From an uncultured Spirochaetota bacterium (lineage in GTDB: Bacteria > Spirochaetota > Spirochaetia > SZUA-6 > CAVTHK01), in NCBI GenBank assembly GCA_963734495.1, contig CAVTHK010000009.1:128001-192000 (forward strand): DNA of 64,000 bases, given 5' to 3'. The position numbers and the translations under genes are program-made. Below the pieces are notes generated by a model, which searched no databases, had not been told where the DNA came from, and saw only the letters and a list, made by a program, of their open reading frames with translations. Numbering within the stretch: the first letter of the stretch is position 1; every line of letters starts with the position of its first letter. This document shows positions 47,441-60,625 of this stretch, piece after piece.

Positions 47441-48178
47441 ATGGAATGTGTCCGGGTTCTTCGGCTGCAGTCCCTGCGCGGGCACGAGGCGGAAACGCTC
47501 GAGCCCGATCGCAGGCGACTGCGCGACGGTGCCCTGCTCGCGGTCAAGGCGGCAGGGCTCGCGGCTGTCGTGGTTCTGCTGGCCGCGTCGCGGATCTACG
47601 GCCCGGTGGCGTGCAGGATCATCGATCAGGACGCGGGCGTCGCGCTGCGCTATCCGCGGGGATGGCAAACGGGCATCCGCACGGGGCTCGTGGCCCAGGC
47701 GTGCGAGCTGGCCTGCGACGTTTCGCAGTGCTCGATCGACGCGCCCAGGCGCGGCTGCTGCATCGCGTTCTGGCGCCTCGCATGGAGCGATTTCGCGCCC
47801 CTCTGCCGGCGCGTGCCTGGGGGGCAGACTGTCGACGGTCCGCTCGACGGCATGCAGGCCGCGGCCGCGGTGGCGGACTACGTCGGTCTCGGCGGCGGGT
47901 TCGAAACCGTCGGCACCGTGCGGCTGGGCGGCAGGCAGGCGATCATGATCCGCGGCCGCAAGCTGCGCGGGTGGATCGCGGCCGTCGTCGCTCCGGGCCC
48001 GGACCTCGCCTTTGTTCTCTTCCATGCCCCGAACAGGCGCGCGCTTCGGGCTGCCTGGCCTACCTGGATGGCGATGGTGCACGCCGCAGAGCTGATCGGG
48101 ACCGCGGCCCGTGACGCCCTTGCGGCTGCGGCCTGGTTCGCTCATCCCGTTCGACGACGAGTAGCAAGCGAGCGCTGA
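47441..48178 (+). CDS. Hypothetical protein
   Basis: GGGAGG RBS and one TM-like segment; atypical composition; no motif recognised. Confidence 0.35.
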   Translation: MECVRVLRLQSLRGHEAETLEPDRRRLRDGALLAVKAAGLAAVVVLLAASRIYGPVACRIIDQDAGVALRYPRGWQTGIRTGLVAQACELACDVSQCSIDAPRRGCCIAFWRLAWSDFAPLCRRVPGGQTVDGPLDGMQAAAAVADYVGLGGGFETVGTVRLGGRQAIMIRGRKLRGWIAAVVAPGPDLAFVLFHAPNRRALRAAWPTWMAMVHAAELIGTAARDALAAAAWFAHPVRRRVASER

Positions 48179-48233
48179 CGCCCCGGCGATTGGCAAGAAC
48201 TTGCCATACGGCGCGGACAAGCCCCGGTTCTTG

Positions 48234-48262
48234 TTGCAGGCGGAGATCGTGCCGCCTACAAT
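48234..48262 (+). promoter_or_regulatory. Sigma70-type promoter of the LuxR/AAA gene
   Basis: TTGCAG-N17-TACAAT, 5 nt before GTG 48268; palindrome TGGCAAG-AA-CTTGCCA at 48191-48206. Confidence 0.55.
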
Positions 48263-48267
48263 TTGCA

Positions 48268-51180
48268 GTGGCTGTGAAAAAGTCGGAGTCGAAGGCGCCC
48301 GCGGGATCCCTGTTCGTCGGCAGGGGAGCGGAGCTTGCCCGTTTCCGCGAGCTCTGCGAAGCCGCGGGCAGCGGACAGGGAGCCATTGTCGCCATCTCGG
48401 GCGATCACGGGGTGGGCAAGACTCGTCTGGCTCGCGAAGCCGCGGCGCAGGCCGAGCGCGCGGGGGCCACGACGCTTTGGGGCCGGGGCTACGACGACGA
48501 GGGCTCGCCGCCCTACTGGCCCTGGGCCGAAATCATCACCCGTTACGCGGACCGCTGCGGCCTCAAGCACGCGCGCGAGCTCATGGGTGCGGGCGCGCAC
48601 GACATCGCCTGCCTGATTCCCGCGCTCGAGAGCCTCGGCGTCCGCGCCGCGCGAGAGCCGCCGACGCACGAGACGCGCTATCGCCTCTTCGCAGCCATGC
48701 GCGCGTTTCTACAGCTGGCCGCCCACGAGACTCCTCTCGTGATCGTGCTCGACGACCTGCACTACTGCGACCCTGACACGCTGCGGCTCCTCGAAGCGGT
48801 CGCCGTCGACCTCGAGCGCAGCCGGCTGCTGGTCGTCGGCACCTACGTCGAGCGACGCGCGGCGCGCCACCCGGTTCTGCCTGCGGTCATCGCGTCGCTT
48901 GCGAAGCTTCCCTGGTACCGGGAGGTGCCGGTCGGCAACCTCACCGAGCGAGACGTCCGCCTTCTTGTCGAATCCGAAACAGGAAAAGCCGATGCATCCC
49001 CGCTCGCCGAGTCCATCCAACGGCGCACCGAGGGCAACGCCCTCCTGGTCGTGGAAGCGGTCCGCCATCTCGCCGCCCGCGCTGCGGCCGGCGAGGAGGG
49101 CCCCTCGGAAGATCACTGGGAAGAAGGCGCCTCGCGGGGAGTGGCGATGCTGATCAGCCGGAGGCTCGCCCGCCTGGCGCCTCCCGCGTTGAAGGCTCTG
49201 CGGACGGCGGCCGTTTTGGGCCGCGAGGTCGATCTCGCGGTGCTCGCGATGACGATGCGCACCTCGGCTGCCGAGGCTCGCGACCGGCTTTCCGGGCCCG
49301 TAGACGAAGGCTTGCTCGTCGAGATCGGCAGCGACCGATACCGATTCGGCCACGAGCTCGTGCAGCGCGCGATCGCCGCGGACCTCGCGTCCGCGCAGCG
49401 CAGCGCCATCCACCTCGCCACGGGCGAGGCGCTCGAAGCGCTCCGGGCCTCGGGTCGCAGCGCCGATGCGGCGCGGCTTGCCTGGCACTTCGCCAACGCC
49501 GGGAGCGAACACGGCGGCAAGGCATCACGCTACGCGCGCGAGGCCGGCGAGCGCGCGCTGGACGCCGCCGCCTACGACACCGCGCTCCGCTATTTCGAGA
49601 GCGCCGCAGCCGACCCGGACCTTTCTCCCGTCGAGAGGGCCAGGCTCGCGATGCTGCGTGCGTGGGCCCTCTTTGCTCTCACGCGCTTTCTCGAAGTCGT
49701 CCCGTGCCTGGCTGAAGCCTTCGACTTGTACGTCTCGGCGAGCGACATCGAGCGAGCCGTCGAAGTGGCGGAGTTCGCGACGTACCCACTGATCACAGAA
49801 CGCCTGCCGCGCGAGCCGATCCTGAAGCTGCGCGAGCGGGCACTCGCGCTCGTGCCGCCCGACTCGCCGTATGCAGCCCGGCTGCTCTGCGTGCTCGGCG
49901 AAAGCCTGTCCTATGCATCTGCGGACAAGGCGAAGAGCTGCATAACCAGGTCGCTCGAGCTTGCTCGCGGTTTCGGAGACCGGCGGCTCGAAGCCCGCGC
50001 GCTCTACGCTTGGGCGTGGCTCGATTACCTCAACCTGCAACCGGCAGCCATTCTCGAAAACGGCGCGGCTGCCTTGCGGATCGCTCGCAACATCGGCGAT
50101 CGAAACCTCGAGCTCCTGTTCGGCGGCCGGCTCGCAGTGTGGAAATTGGTGTTCGGCGACAGCGCCGGCGCAGAGCAGCTCAGCCGTGAGCTGCGCGGCG
50201 CCGGGGATCTGCGCCCAAGCCCGTGGACGGTCGAGCTTCAGCAAGCCGACCGTACGCGCACCAGCCGGGCTGTCATGTGGTCGGAGTTTGGTCGCCTCAG
50301 GGCCGAAGACACGTGGGTGCCCAATATCGGATCCGTCAAGAGTTTGAGCAACCAGCCTGTTCCGCTCCCCATCTACCGGGGCCCCGCGGAGATGCTGGCC
50401 GACATAGAACAGGGCCCCCAGTACTACCTCCATCCCGATCGCCTGGCCGCCCGCGCTGCCGAAGCCGCGGAAATGAGCCGCGCACTCGACGATCTCGGCC
50501 ACCTTGCCGAGATCGAGGCTCTGGCCAGGCGCGCCCTCTCCCTCGAGCTGAGCCCGATGGGCCGGGTCTGCGCGCTCATCGGGCTTGGCTTTGTCGGCGC
50601 CCTGCGCGGCGACCTGGCCCTGCTGGCCGAAGCCTGCACGCCCGAGCTCGCCTCTGCGCCCAGCGTGTGGGTTTTTGAACGGCCGGGGCATGTGATGGAC
50701 GGCGTGGTCGGCCGCTTTCTGGACCTCCTGGACCGTCCGGAGGAGGCGCGAGCCCGCTTCGAGCGGGCGCTGGAGTTCTGCCGCCGCTGCGGCCTGGTGC
50801 GGCCGCGCTACTCGACCTGCATCGACTACGCCGCTTTCCTGCTGCGACACGGCGAGCGGCGGCGGGCGCGCGAGATGGCCGACGAAGCGCGTCCTCTCGG
50901 TGCCAGAGCTGAACATGAAAGGTTTCGACCGCCAGCTCTGCCGAAATCACGTCGCGCCTCGAAGGCGCGCTCCCCGACGGCCTCTCGCGCCCGCGAGGCC
51001 GAAGTGATCGCGCTCGCCGCCCGGGGACTTGCCACAAAGGAGATCGCGGCGGAGCTTGACATCAGCTACTTCACCGCGGTGAACCACCTGCGGCACATCT
51101 ATGCGAAGACCGGCTCCCGCTCGCGCGTCGAGCTTGCCGCCTACGCGATGCGGCACCAGCTTGCGCCGGCGCGGCCCTGA
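48268..51180 (+). CDS. Large ATP-binding LuxR-family (LAL/STAND-like) regulator: AAA_16, TPR-like region, LuxR HTH
   Basis: FVGR..EL; Walker A GDHGVGKT; Walker B IVLDDLH; RTEGN; C-terminal REAEV..LAARGLATKEIA.EL.IS..T..NHLRHIYAK. Confidence 0.88.
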   Translation: MAVKKSESKAPAGSLFVGRGAELARFRELCEAAGSGQGAIVAISGDHGVGKTRLAREAAAQAERAGATTLWGRGYDDEGSPPYWPWAEIITRYADRCGLKHARELMGAGAHDIACLIPALESLGVRAAREPPTHETRYRLFAAMRAFLQLAAHETPLVIVLDDLHYCDPDTLRLLEAVAVDLERSRLLVVGTYVERRAARHPVLPAVIASLAKLPWYREVPVGNLTERDVRLLVESETGKADASPLAESIQRRTEGNALLVVEAVRHLAARAAAGEEGPSEDHWEEGASRGVAMLISRRLARLAPPALKALRTAAVLGREVDLAVLAMTMRTSAAEARDRLSGPVDEGLLVEIGSDRYRFGHELVQRAIAADLASAQRSAIHLATGEALEALRASGRSADAARLAWHFANAGSEHGGKASRYAREAGERALDAAAYDTALRYFESAAADPDLSPVERARLAMLRAWALFALTRFLEVVPCLAEAFDLYVSASDIERAVEVAEFATYPLITERLPREPILKLRERALALVPPDSPYAARLLCVLGESLSYASADKAKSCITRSLELARGFGDRRLEARALYAWAWLDYLNLQPAAILENGAAALRIARNIGDRNLELLFGGRLAVWKLVFGDSAGAEQLSRELRGAGDLRPSPWTVELQQADRTRTSRAVMWSEFGRLRAEDTWVPNIGSVKSLSNQPVPLPIYRGPAEMLADIEQGPQYYLHPDRLAARAAEAAEMSRALDDLGHLAEIEALARRALSLELSPMGRVCALIGLGFVGALRGDLALLAEACTPELASAPSVWVFERPGHVMDGVVGRFLDLLDRPEEARARFERALEFCRRCGLVRPRYSTCIDYAAFLLRHGERRRAREMADEARPLGARAEHERFRPPALPKSRRASKARSPTASRAREAEVIALAARGLATKEIAAELDISYFTAVNHLRHIYAKTGSRSRVELAAYAMRHQLAPARP

Positions 51181-51251
51181 ATCGCCTGCCGTTGACAAAG
51201 GCGGCGGCTAACGGCGAAACTCCCGCGCAAAGCTCCAGGAGGTCAATTCGC

Positions 51252-52277
51252 ATGTCCGGCAAACGACCGCTGATCGGCATCAGTGTGGGCGATCCCGCGG
51301 GGATCGGGCCCGAGATCACGGCAAAGGCCCTCGCGCTCAAGGAGATCTACGACATCTGCCGCCCGCTCGCCGTCTGCGACCTCCAGGTGATGAACGAGGC
51401 GGTGCGCTTCTCGAAGCTTTCGCTCAAGACCCGCGGCGTGGCGAAGCCCTCCGAAGGCCGCTACGAGTCGGGCACCATCGACGTGCTCGACATGAAGAAC
51501 GTGGACATGGCGAAGCTCCAGTACAAGAAGGTGGCGGCCATGAGCGGCAAGGCCTCCTACGAGTACATCGAGAAGGTGATCCGGCTCGCCATGGCAAAGG
51601 AGATCGACGCCACGGTGACGGGCCCGATCCACAAGGAGGCCATCGCCGCGGCCGGCGTGAAGTACCCCGGGCACACGGAGATCTACGGCGCGCTCACCGG
51701 CACCAAGGACTACGCGATGATGCTCGCCGACGGGGACTTCCGCGTCATCCACGTCTCGACGCACGTGAGCCTCGCCGAGGCCATCGCGCGCGTGAAGAAG
51801 CCGCGCGTGCTCAAAGTGATCGAGCTCGCGTACGACGCGCTGAGGAAGATGGGGATCGAAAAGCCGCGCATCGCGGTCGCGGGCCTCAACCCGCACGCGG
51901 GCGAGGGCGGCATGTTCGGCCGCGAGGAGATCGAGCACGTCCAGCCGGCCATCGACGAGGCCCGCGCCAAAGGCATCGGCGTCGAGGGGCCGATCCCGCC
52001 CGACACCGTCTTCGCCAAGATGAAGGGCGGCCAGTACGACATGGTCGTCTGCATGTACCACGACCAGGGCCACATCCCCACGAAGCTCGCGGGGTTCGCC
52101 TACGACCAGAAGACCAACACCTGGACCGCCATGTCCGGCGTCAACATCACCCTCGGGCTTCCGATCATCCGCGCCTCGGTCGACCACGGGGTCGCCTTCG
52201 GCAAGGCGGGCGAGGGACGCGCGAACCCCGAGAGCATGGTCCAGGCGATCCACATGGCGGTGAAGCTCGCGGGCTGA
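51252..52277 (+). CDS. pdxA: 4-hydroxythreonine-4-phosphate dehydrogenase family (PdxA/PdxA2)
   Basis: GDPAGIGPEI; TGPIHKE; PGHTE; GLNPHAGE; MYHDQGHIPTK; NITLGLPIIRASVDHG. Confidence 0.93.
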   Translation: MSGKRPLIGISVGDPAGIGPEITAKALALKEIYDICRPLAVCDLQVMNEAVRFSKLSLKTRGVAKPSEGRYESGTIDVLDMKNVDMAKLQYKKVAAMSGKASYEYIEKVIRLAMAKEIDATVTGPIHKEAIAAAGVKYPGHTEIYGALTGTKDYAMMLADGDFRVIHVSTHVSLAEAIARVKKPRVLKVIELAYDALRKMGIEKPRIAVAGLNPHAGEGGMFGREEIEHVQPAIDEARAKGIGVEGPIPPDTVFAKMKGGQYDMVVCMYHDQGHIPTKLAGFAYDQKTNTWTAMSGVNITLGLPIIRASVDHGVAFGKAGEGRANPESMVQAIHMAVKLAG

Positions 52278-52285
52278 TCGGACCG

Positions 52286-55093
52286 CTACTTCGGCAGCTC
52301 GACGGTCAGGCCCAGCAGCGTGTCGCGCGCCGCGAAGGTCGCCGTCCTCGAACCGGTAGATCAGCTGCACCCCGATCTCGAACGGAAGCGGGCACGAGCG
52401 CCATCACCTCGGCCGCGAGCTCCACGCCGGCCGTCACCCTGAGGCTGCCTGCCGCGTCGTCCGGCTCGAACGCCACGTCCGAGAAGACTCCGGCGATCAG
52501 GCGAGGGACGTGGATCTCCGTGCCGATGCCCGGCGTCCGGGTAGGCGAGCGGCATACGGTAGCTCGCCGAGACCCCCGCCAGCGTGTTCCCTTCGAAAGG
52601 GTTGGAGACGTAGCCTCGCGGCACCGGAAGGAGCACCTCGGTCGGGTCGTAGGCGATCGACGGTGAGAGCCTGATGCTGTGGTGACGGAAGAGGCCTGGA
52701 AAGAAGGCATCCGCGGCGGCCTTCCACCCGGGCTCGGGCTGCCCGGCGTCCTCGAGGGGAAGCTCCACCCGGCCCGTGCCGCTCAACGCGAGGCCCCAGC
52801 GCGGCGCCAGATCGCGCGGCGCGGTCCGGCTCGCGACGAACCAGGAGGCGCTCGCGCTCAGGTCCTGGACCGCCGACGGTGTCGTGGCCCTCGGCCCAGA
52901 CGGGGCCGGCGCCGTAGCGGCCCTCGAGCGTGAGCCCCTGCCGCGCGCCGACGCCGTCGAGGGTGAGGGGGATGCGGACGCCGAGGCTCCCGCTCACGGC
53001 CTGCGCTTTATCGTCGGTGCCCGGGTAGTCGCGCTGCTCGTAGGCCGCCCCGATCAGCACCTGCGGGAACCAGCGGCCCAGCTCCAGCGACAGCGCGGCC
53101 TCCGGGCCGCCGCGCGCGATGTCCCAGTCGCCGGTCAGCGTCGCGAAGCGGTCCTGCAGGTCGTTGCCCGAAAGCAGCGAGAGCCCGACGCTCTCGACCT
53201 CGCCGCCGCTCACGCCGACCGCGGGCACCCAGGCAAAGGGAAGGATCTCGTCCGCAGCCGGCCTGTAGGGCCGGATCGCGTACTCGCGGCTCGGGATCTG
53301 CTTCGGGTCCACGAGCGAGGCCAGGTGCTCGCGAGCCTCCAGCGGGGCGAACCAGTCCACCCGCAGCACGGGCAGCTGCTCCAGCGGCACCCACAGCGCC
53401 GGATCGAGCCGCGCCTCCGCCGGAACGAGGCCGCCGCGGGCGCCTTCGGCGATGCACACCTCGTCGCCGGCAACGGAGAACGAGTCGATGCCGTACGGCC
53501 TCGCGACCGCGAGCGAGATGCGCATGGTCTCGAGGTCGAGCGCGTACAGGTTCATCGGGCCGCTGAAATCCGCGGTGAAGAGCAGATAATTCCGCCAGGC
53601 CGCGAGCCCTTCGAGGAGCGCAGGGCCCGGCAGGCAGCAGCTCTCTCACGGCACCCGTATCGAGGCTGAGCTCGGCGAGGGATCTTCCTTCATTTGAAAT
53701 TCTGAAGAAGTACAGGCGCCGCCCGTCCGGCGACCACGCCGGCGACTGGATGTGCGTGCCCCGCGCCTCGCGACGCAGCTCGGCCCCCGTCCCGTCGCCG
53801 TCGAAGACGACGATGCGCGAGATGCGGTCCGGCAGCAACTCGACCGCGGCCACGCGCCTGCCGTCGGGCGAGACCGCGGGCGACTGCAGGACGCGGCCGC
53901 GCGTGAGGCGCGTGAGCGCGCCGGTCGAGAGGTCGAGCTCGACGAGGTCGGCGGTGCTGCGGTTGCCCCAGCGCACGTCCGGGGAGTGCTGCGGCCAGAC
54001 CACGCGGCCGCCCCCGGCAGCGAGGCCCCCGACCGTCAGGGCGGCGTGCAGCACGCGCTCGCGGCCGGAGTCCGTCGATCAGCACGATCGCGGGCGACTG
54101 CGAGAGGCTCGTCTTGATCGCCACCGTCCCGCCCGGGACGCGCGAGGGGAAGAGGTAGCTCGCGCGGTCGCGCTCCGCCGCTGCGGCGTCTCCGATCAGC
54201 GGTCGGACCGGAGTGACCGGCAGGCCCGCGGCCTGCTCCCGCCAGAGGCGCTCGAGCTCCTCCATCGTGGAGCGGTAGAGGTCGACCGCGCTCATGCCCG
54301 TCACGCGCATCACGTTGCGGTCGAAGGCGCCCGGGATCGCGGCCCACCGGCCCGCGCCGCGCAGGATCTCGCCGGCGGCCTCTGCGCCGAAGTCGCGCTG
54401 GATCCGCGTCACGAGGTAGTAGCCCAGCTCGTACGGGTTCACGAAGCCGCGCCGGTAGCTCCCGAAGACCGCCTGCCGGTAGGTGGGGAGATCGTCCTCG
54501 AGCGCCGCCGTGCGCAGCGGCCTCTGGAACGCGGGGCTCCGCCCGCGGCCGCTCGCGCTCAGGAGCGTCTCCGAGAGGACGGCGTCCCCTTCGATGTACC
54601 AGGTCGGCGCCCCGAGGCCGAGCATCATGAGAGCCTGGCCGACTTCGCCCGCGAGCACCCAGGCGGCGAGGACCGAGCCCCGCTTCTCCTCGGCGATCTG
54701 GGCCATGTGCCGGCCTTCGTGAACGGCCAGCAGGCTGTACCATTCGTTGGCGCCCAGAAGCGCGTCGGCGGGCGCGACGTGGAACCACTCCGACCGCCGC
54801 GGGAAGAACCCGACGTAGCCGTTGGCCGCGCCCTGCTGGTTGGAGAGCACGAGCGTCGTTCGCGGCACCTCGGACTCGAAGCCTCGCGCGAGGCCGGCGC
54901 GGACGTGCTCGAGGACGTTGGCGCAGGCTTGAGCGTCCGCGGCGAGCTCCTCGGGGAAGACGACGCGGAAATGCTCGCTCGAGAGCTCCTTCCAGCGCAG
55001 CGACGGCGGATTCTGGACCGGCCCGAGCGAGAGCTGCGCCCAAGCGCGCGGGGCCAGCAGGAGTGCGAGAAACAGGCCGGAGCGGAGGCGCAT
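52286..55093 (-). CDS. Exported or outer-membrane protein: HEXXH peptidase-like domain, TolB/PD40 propeller and probable C-terminal beta-barrel (multiple frameshifts)
   Basis: Signal peptide; SEHFRVVF; VHEGRH; WYIEGDAV; PYELG. Then SPAVSPDG and SPAWSPDG (ORF 53008..54054) and amphipathic beta-strands (ORFs 52497..53555 and 52361..52786); last frame ends TVELPK*. Confidence 0.7.
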
Positions 55094-55094
55094 C

Positions 55095-58878
<3,784 letters not shown>

Positions 58879-58879
58879 A

Positions 58880-59662
58880 GTGGCATCGTGCCGCGAAGGG
58901 CTACCGCCAAAGGACTGGACGCCGCTGCTCAAGACCGGAAAGGCCGCCGCCGACCTGCCCACCGGAGAGGCGTTCCGGCCGGAGTGGATCGACTTCGAGC
59001 GCGGCATCCGCGTCGGCAACCTCGAGCCGCACGAGCGCATCACGCAGATCCTGAAGTTCCTGCTCGAGCGCAGGTACGGCACCCCCTTCGTCACCGACCG
59101 CTGGGGCAGGGGCGTCTACTGGCAGTGGATCTGCTGGATGCCGAGGGCGAATCGGCTGGCCAAGCCGGTCTCGCCCGTGAGCTTCGCCTGCGCCAAGCTG
59201 TTCATGTCGGCCGAGGGCGACGAGGGCATATTCAAGTGCGGGCTGCAGGTCGAGCGCGGCTCTTCCGGGCCGTCGAACCCGTATCCGGCCAATCGCCTGC
59301 GGAAGGACTGGGACTGGCACCGCCTCGTCGCCGGATTCCGCGACGGCTCGCCGCTGGACACCGAGTTGCGCCGACTCATCGGGCGCGAAGGCTTCGCCTG
59401 CGAGATCGGCGACTTCGAGCGCAACAAACGCTTCGACGCCGCGAAGTTCCGCTCCTCGCGCCAGCTCGGGGACGCGCTGCGCAAATACCCCGCGGCGCGC
59501 TGGGCTGCGTTCCAGCTCTACTACCCGATGCCCCGCGCGGAGGTCGCCGCCTGCACCGGCATCGAGCTCGTGCGCGCCATCGAGGGCGTCTTCGTCGAGG
59601 TGGTGCCCGCGATGAACCTCTGCATGCAGATCCGGCTGGCAGCGGTTGCGACTACCCGATAG
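58880..59662 (+). CDS. Conserved-looking hypothetical protein
   Basis: GTG right after the upstream stop; normal codon bias; aromatic-rich GIRVGNLEPHERIT, DRWGRGVYWQWICW, DWDWHR. Confidence 0.7.
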   Translation: MASCREGLPPKDWTPLLKTGKAAADLPTGEAFRPEWIDFERGIRVGNLEPHERITQILKFLLERRYGTPFVTDRWGRGVYWQWICWMPRANRLAKPVSPVSFACAKLFMSAEGDEGIFKCGLQVERGSSGPSNPYPANRLRKDWDWHRLVAGFRDGSPLDTELRRLIGREGFACEIGDFERNKRFDAAKFRSSRQLGDALRKYPAARWAAFQLYYPMPRAEVAACTGIELVRAIEGVFVEVVPAMNLCMQIRLAAVATTR

Positions 59663-59743
59663 CGGTCTGACCGCCGCAGCCGACGGTCCGGGCGCAGCGG
59701 ACTGCGCCCGGGCTGGCAGCGGGTCCTACTTAGTCGGCGCCCG

Positions 59744-60625
59744 TCAGGCCTTCCGCGTCATCAGCTCGTGCCAGAACGACGGCCGCGGGCGGTTCATGTT
59801 GTCGGTCCAGCTCTTGGGGGCGTCCGCCAGAAAGGCGCTCAGCGATCGGAGCAGGGGAGCCGTGAACCGCATGTCGTCGGCCGCGCTCACGAAGTAGGCG
59901 AGCTCCGGCTGCTTGACGAGCAGCTGCTCTCCCTCGCCCATGGCGACCCTCTTGATGCGCGCGCCCAGCATCCTTCGCAACTCGTCGTCGCCGCCAAGGA
60001 CCTGGAGCATGTCCTCCGCGCGCAGCCCGCCGCGGACCCCGAACGCGATCGTCTCTATGAAGGCCGCTTCGACCAGCCCCATCGCCATCTGGTTCACGTA
60101 CTTCATCAGCTGGCCGGCGCCGCTCGGGCCGCAGTAGACGGCTTTTCCCGGGGCGCTCAGCGCGGCGAACACGGACGCCAGGCGATCCGCCGCCTGCCGA
60201 TCGCCGCCGATGAACACGCGCAGCTGCCCGGTCTCGGCGCCCTGCTCACCGCCGCTGACCGGTGCGTCGATCAAGGCGGCGCCCTTTCGGGCAAACGCGC
60301 CGGCGAGGCGCCGGGTTTCGGCGACATCGGTGGTTCCCGTGTCGACCACGACCTGTCCCTTGCGCGCCGCCGGCAGCAGGTCTCTGTCCGCGACCTCGAC
60401 CAGGATCTCGGAATTGCGCAGGGAGACGAGCACGATGTCGCACGCGGCCATCACCCGGGCGATGCCGGGAGCCGCGGATGCGCCGCGGGTCGTGACAGCC
60501 TCGAGGTGAGCGGGGCTCCTGTTCCAGGCCAGCACGCCGAAGCCCTCCTTGAGGAGCCGCCGCGCCATGCCGCCGCCCATGGCTCCGACGCCGATGAATC
60601 CGACTGCGGGTTTCGCCTCGCTCAT
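59744..60625 (-). CDS. NAD(P)-dependent beta-hydroxyacid dehydrogenase (3-hydroxyisobutyrate / tartronate semialdehyde reductase family)
   Basis: VGFIGVGAMG; WNRS; DTGT; DAPVSGG; GAGQLMKYVNQ. Confidence 0.9.
   Translation of the reverse strand: MSEAKPAVGFIGVGAMGGGMARRLLKEGFGVLAWNRSPAHLEAVTTRGASAAPGIARVMAACDIVLVSLRNSEILVEVADRDLLPAARKGQVVVDTGTTDVAETRRLAGAFARKGAALIDAPVSGGEQGAETGQLRVFIGGDRQAADRLASVFAALSAPGKAVYCGPSGAGQLMKYVNQMAMGLVEAAFIETIAFGVRGGLRAEDMLQVLGGDDELRRMLGARIKRVAMGEGEQLLVKQPELAYFVSAADDMRFTAPLLRSLSAFLADAPKSWTDNMNRPRPSFWHELMTRKA

Noticed and set aside
48190-48205. Sigma54 promoter (TGGCA...TTGC)
   Set aside because: The GG-to-GC spacing is one base shorter than the strict -24/-12 requirement.
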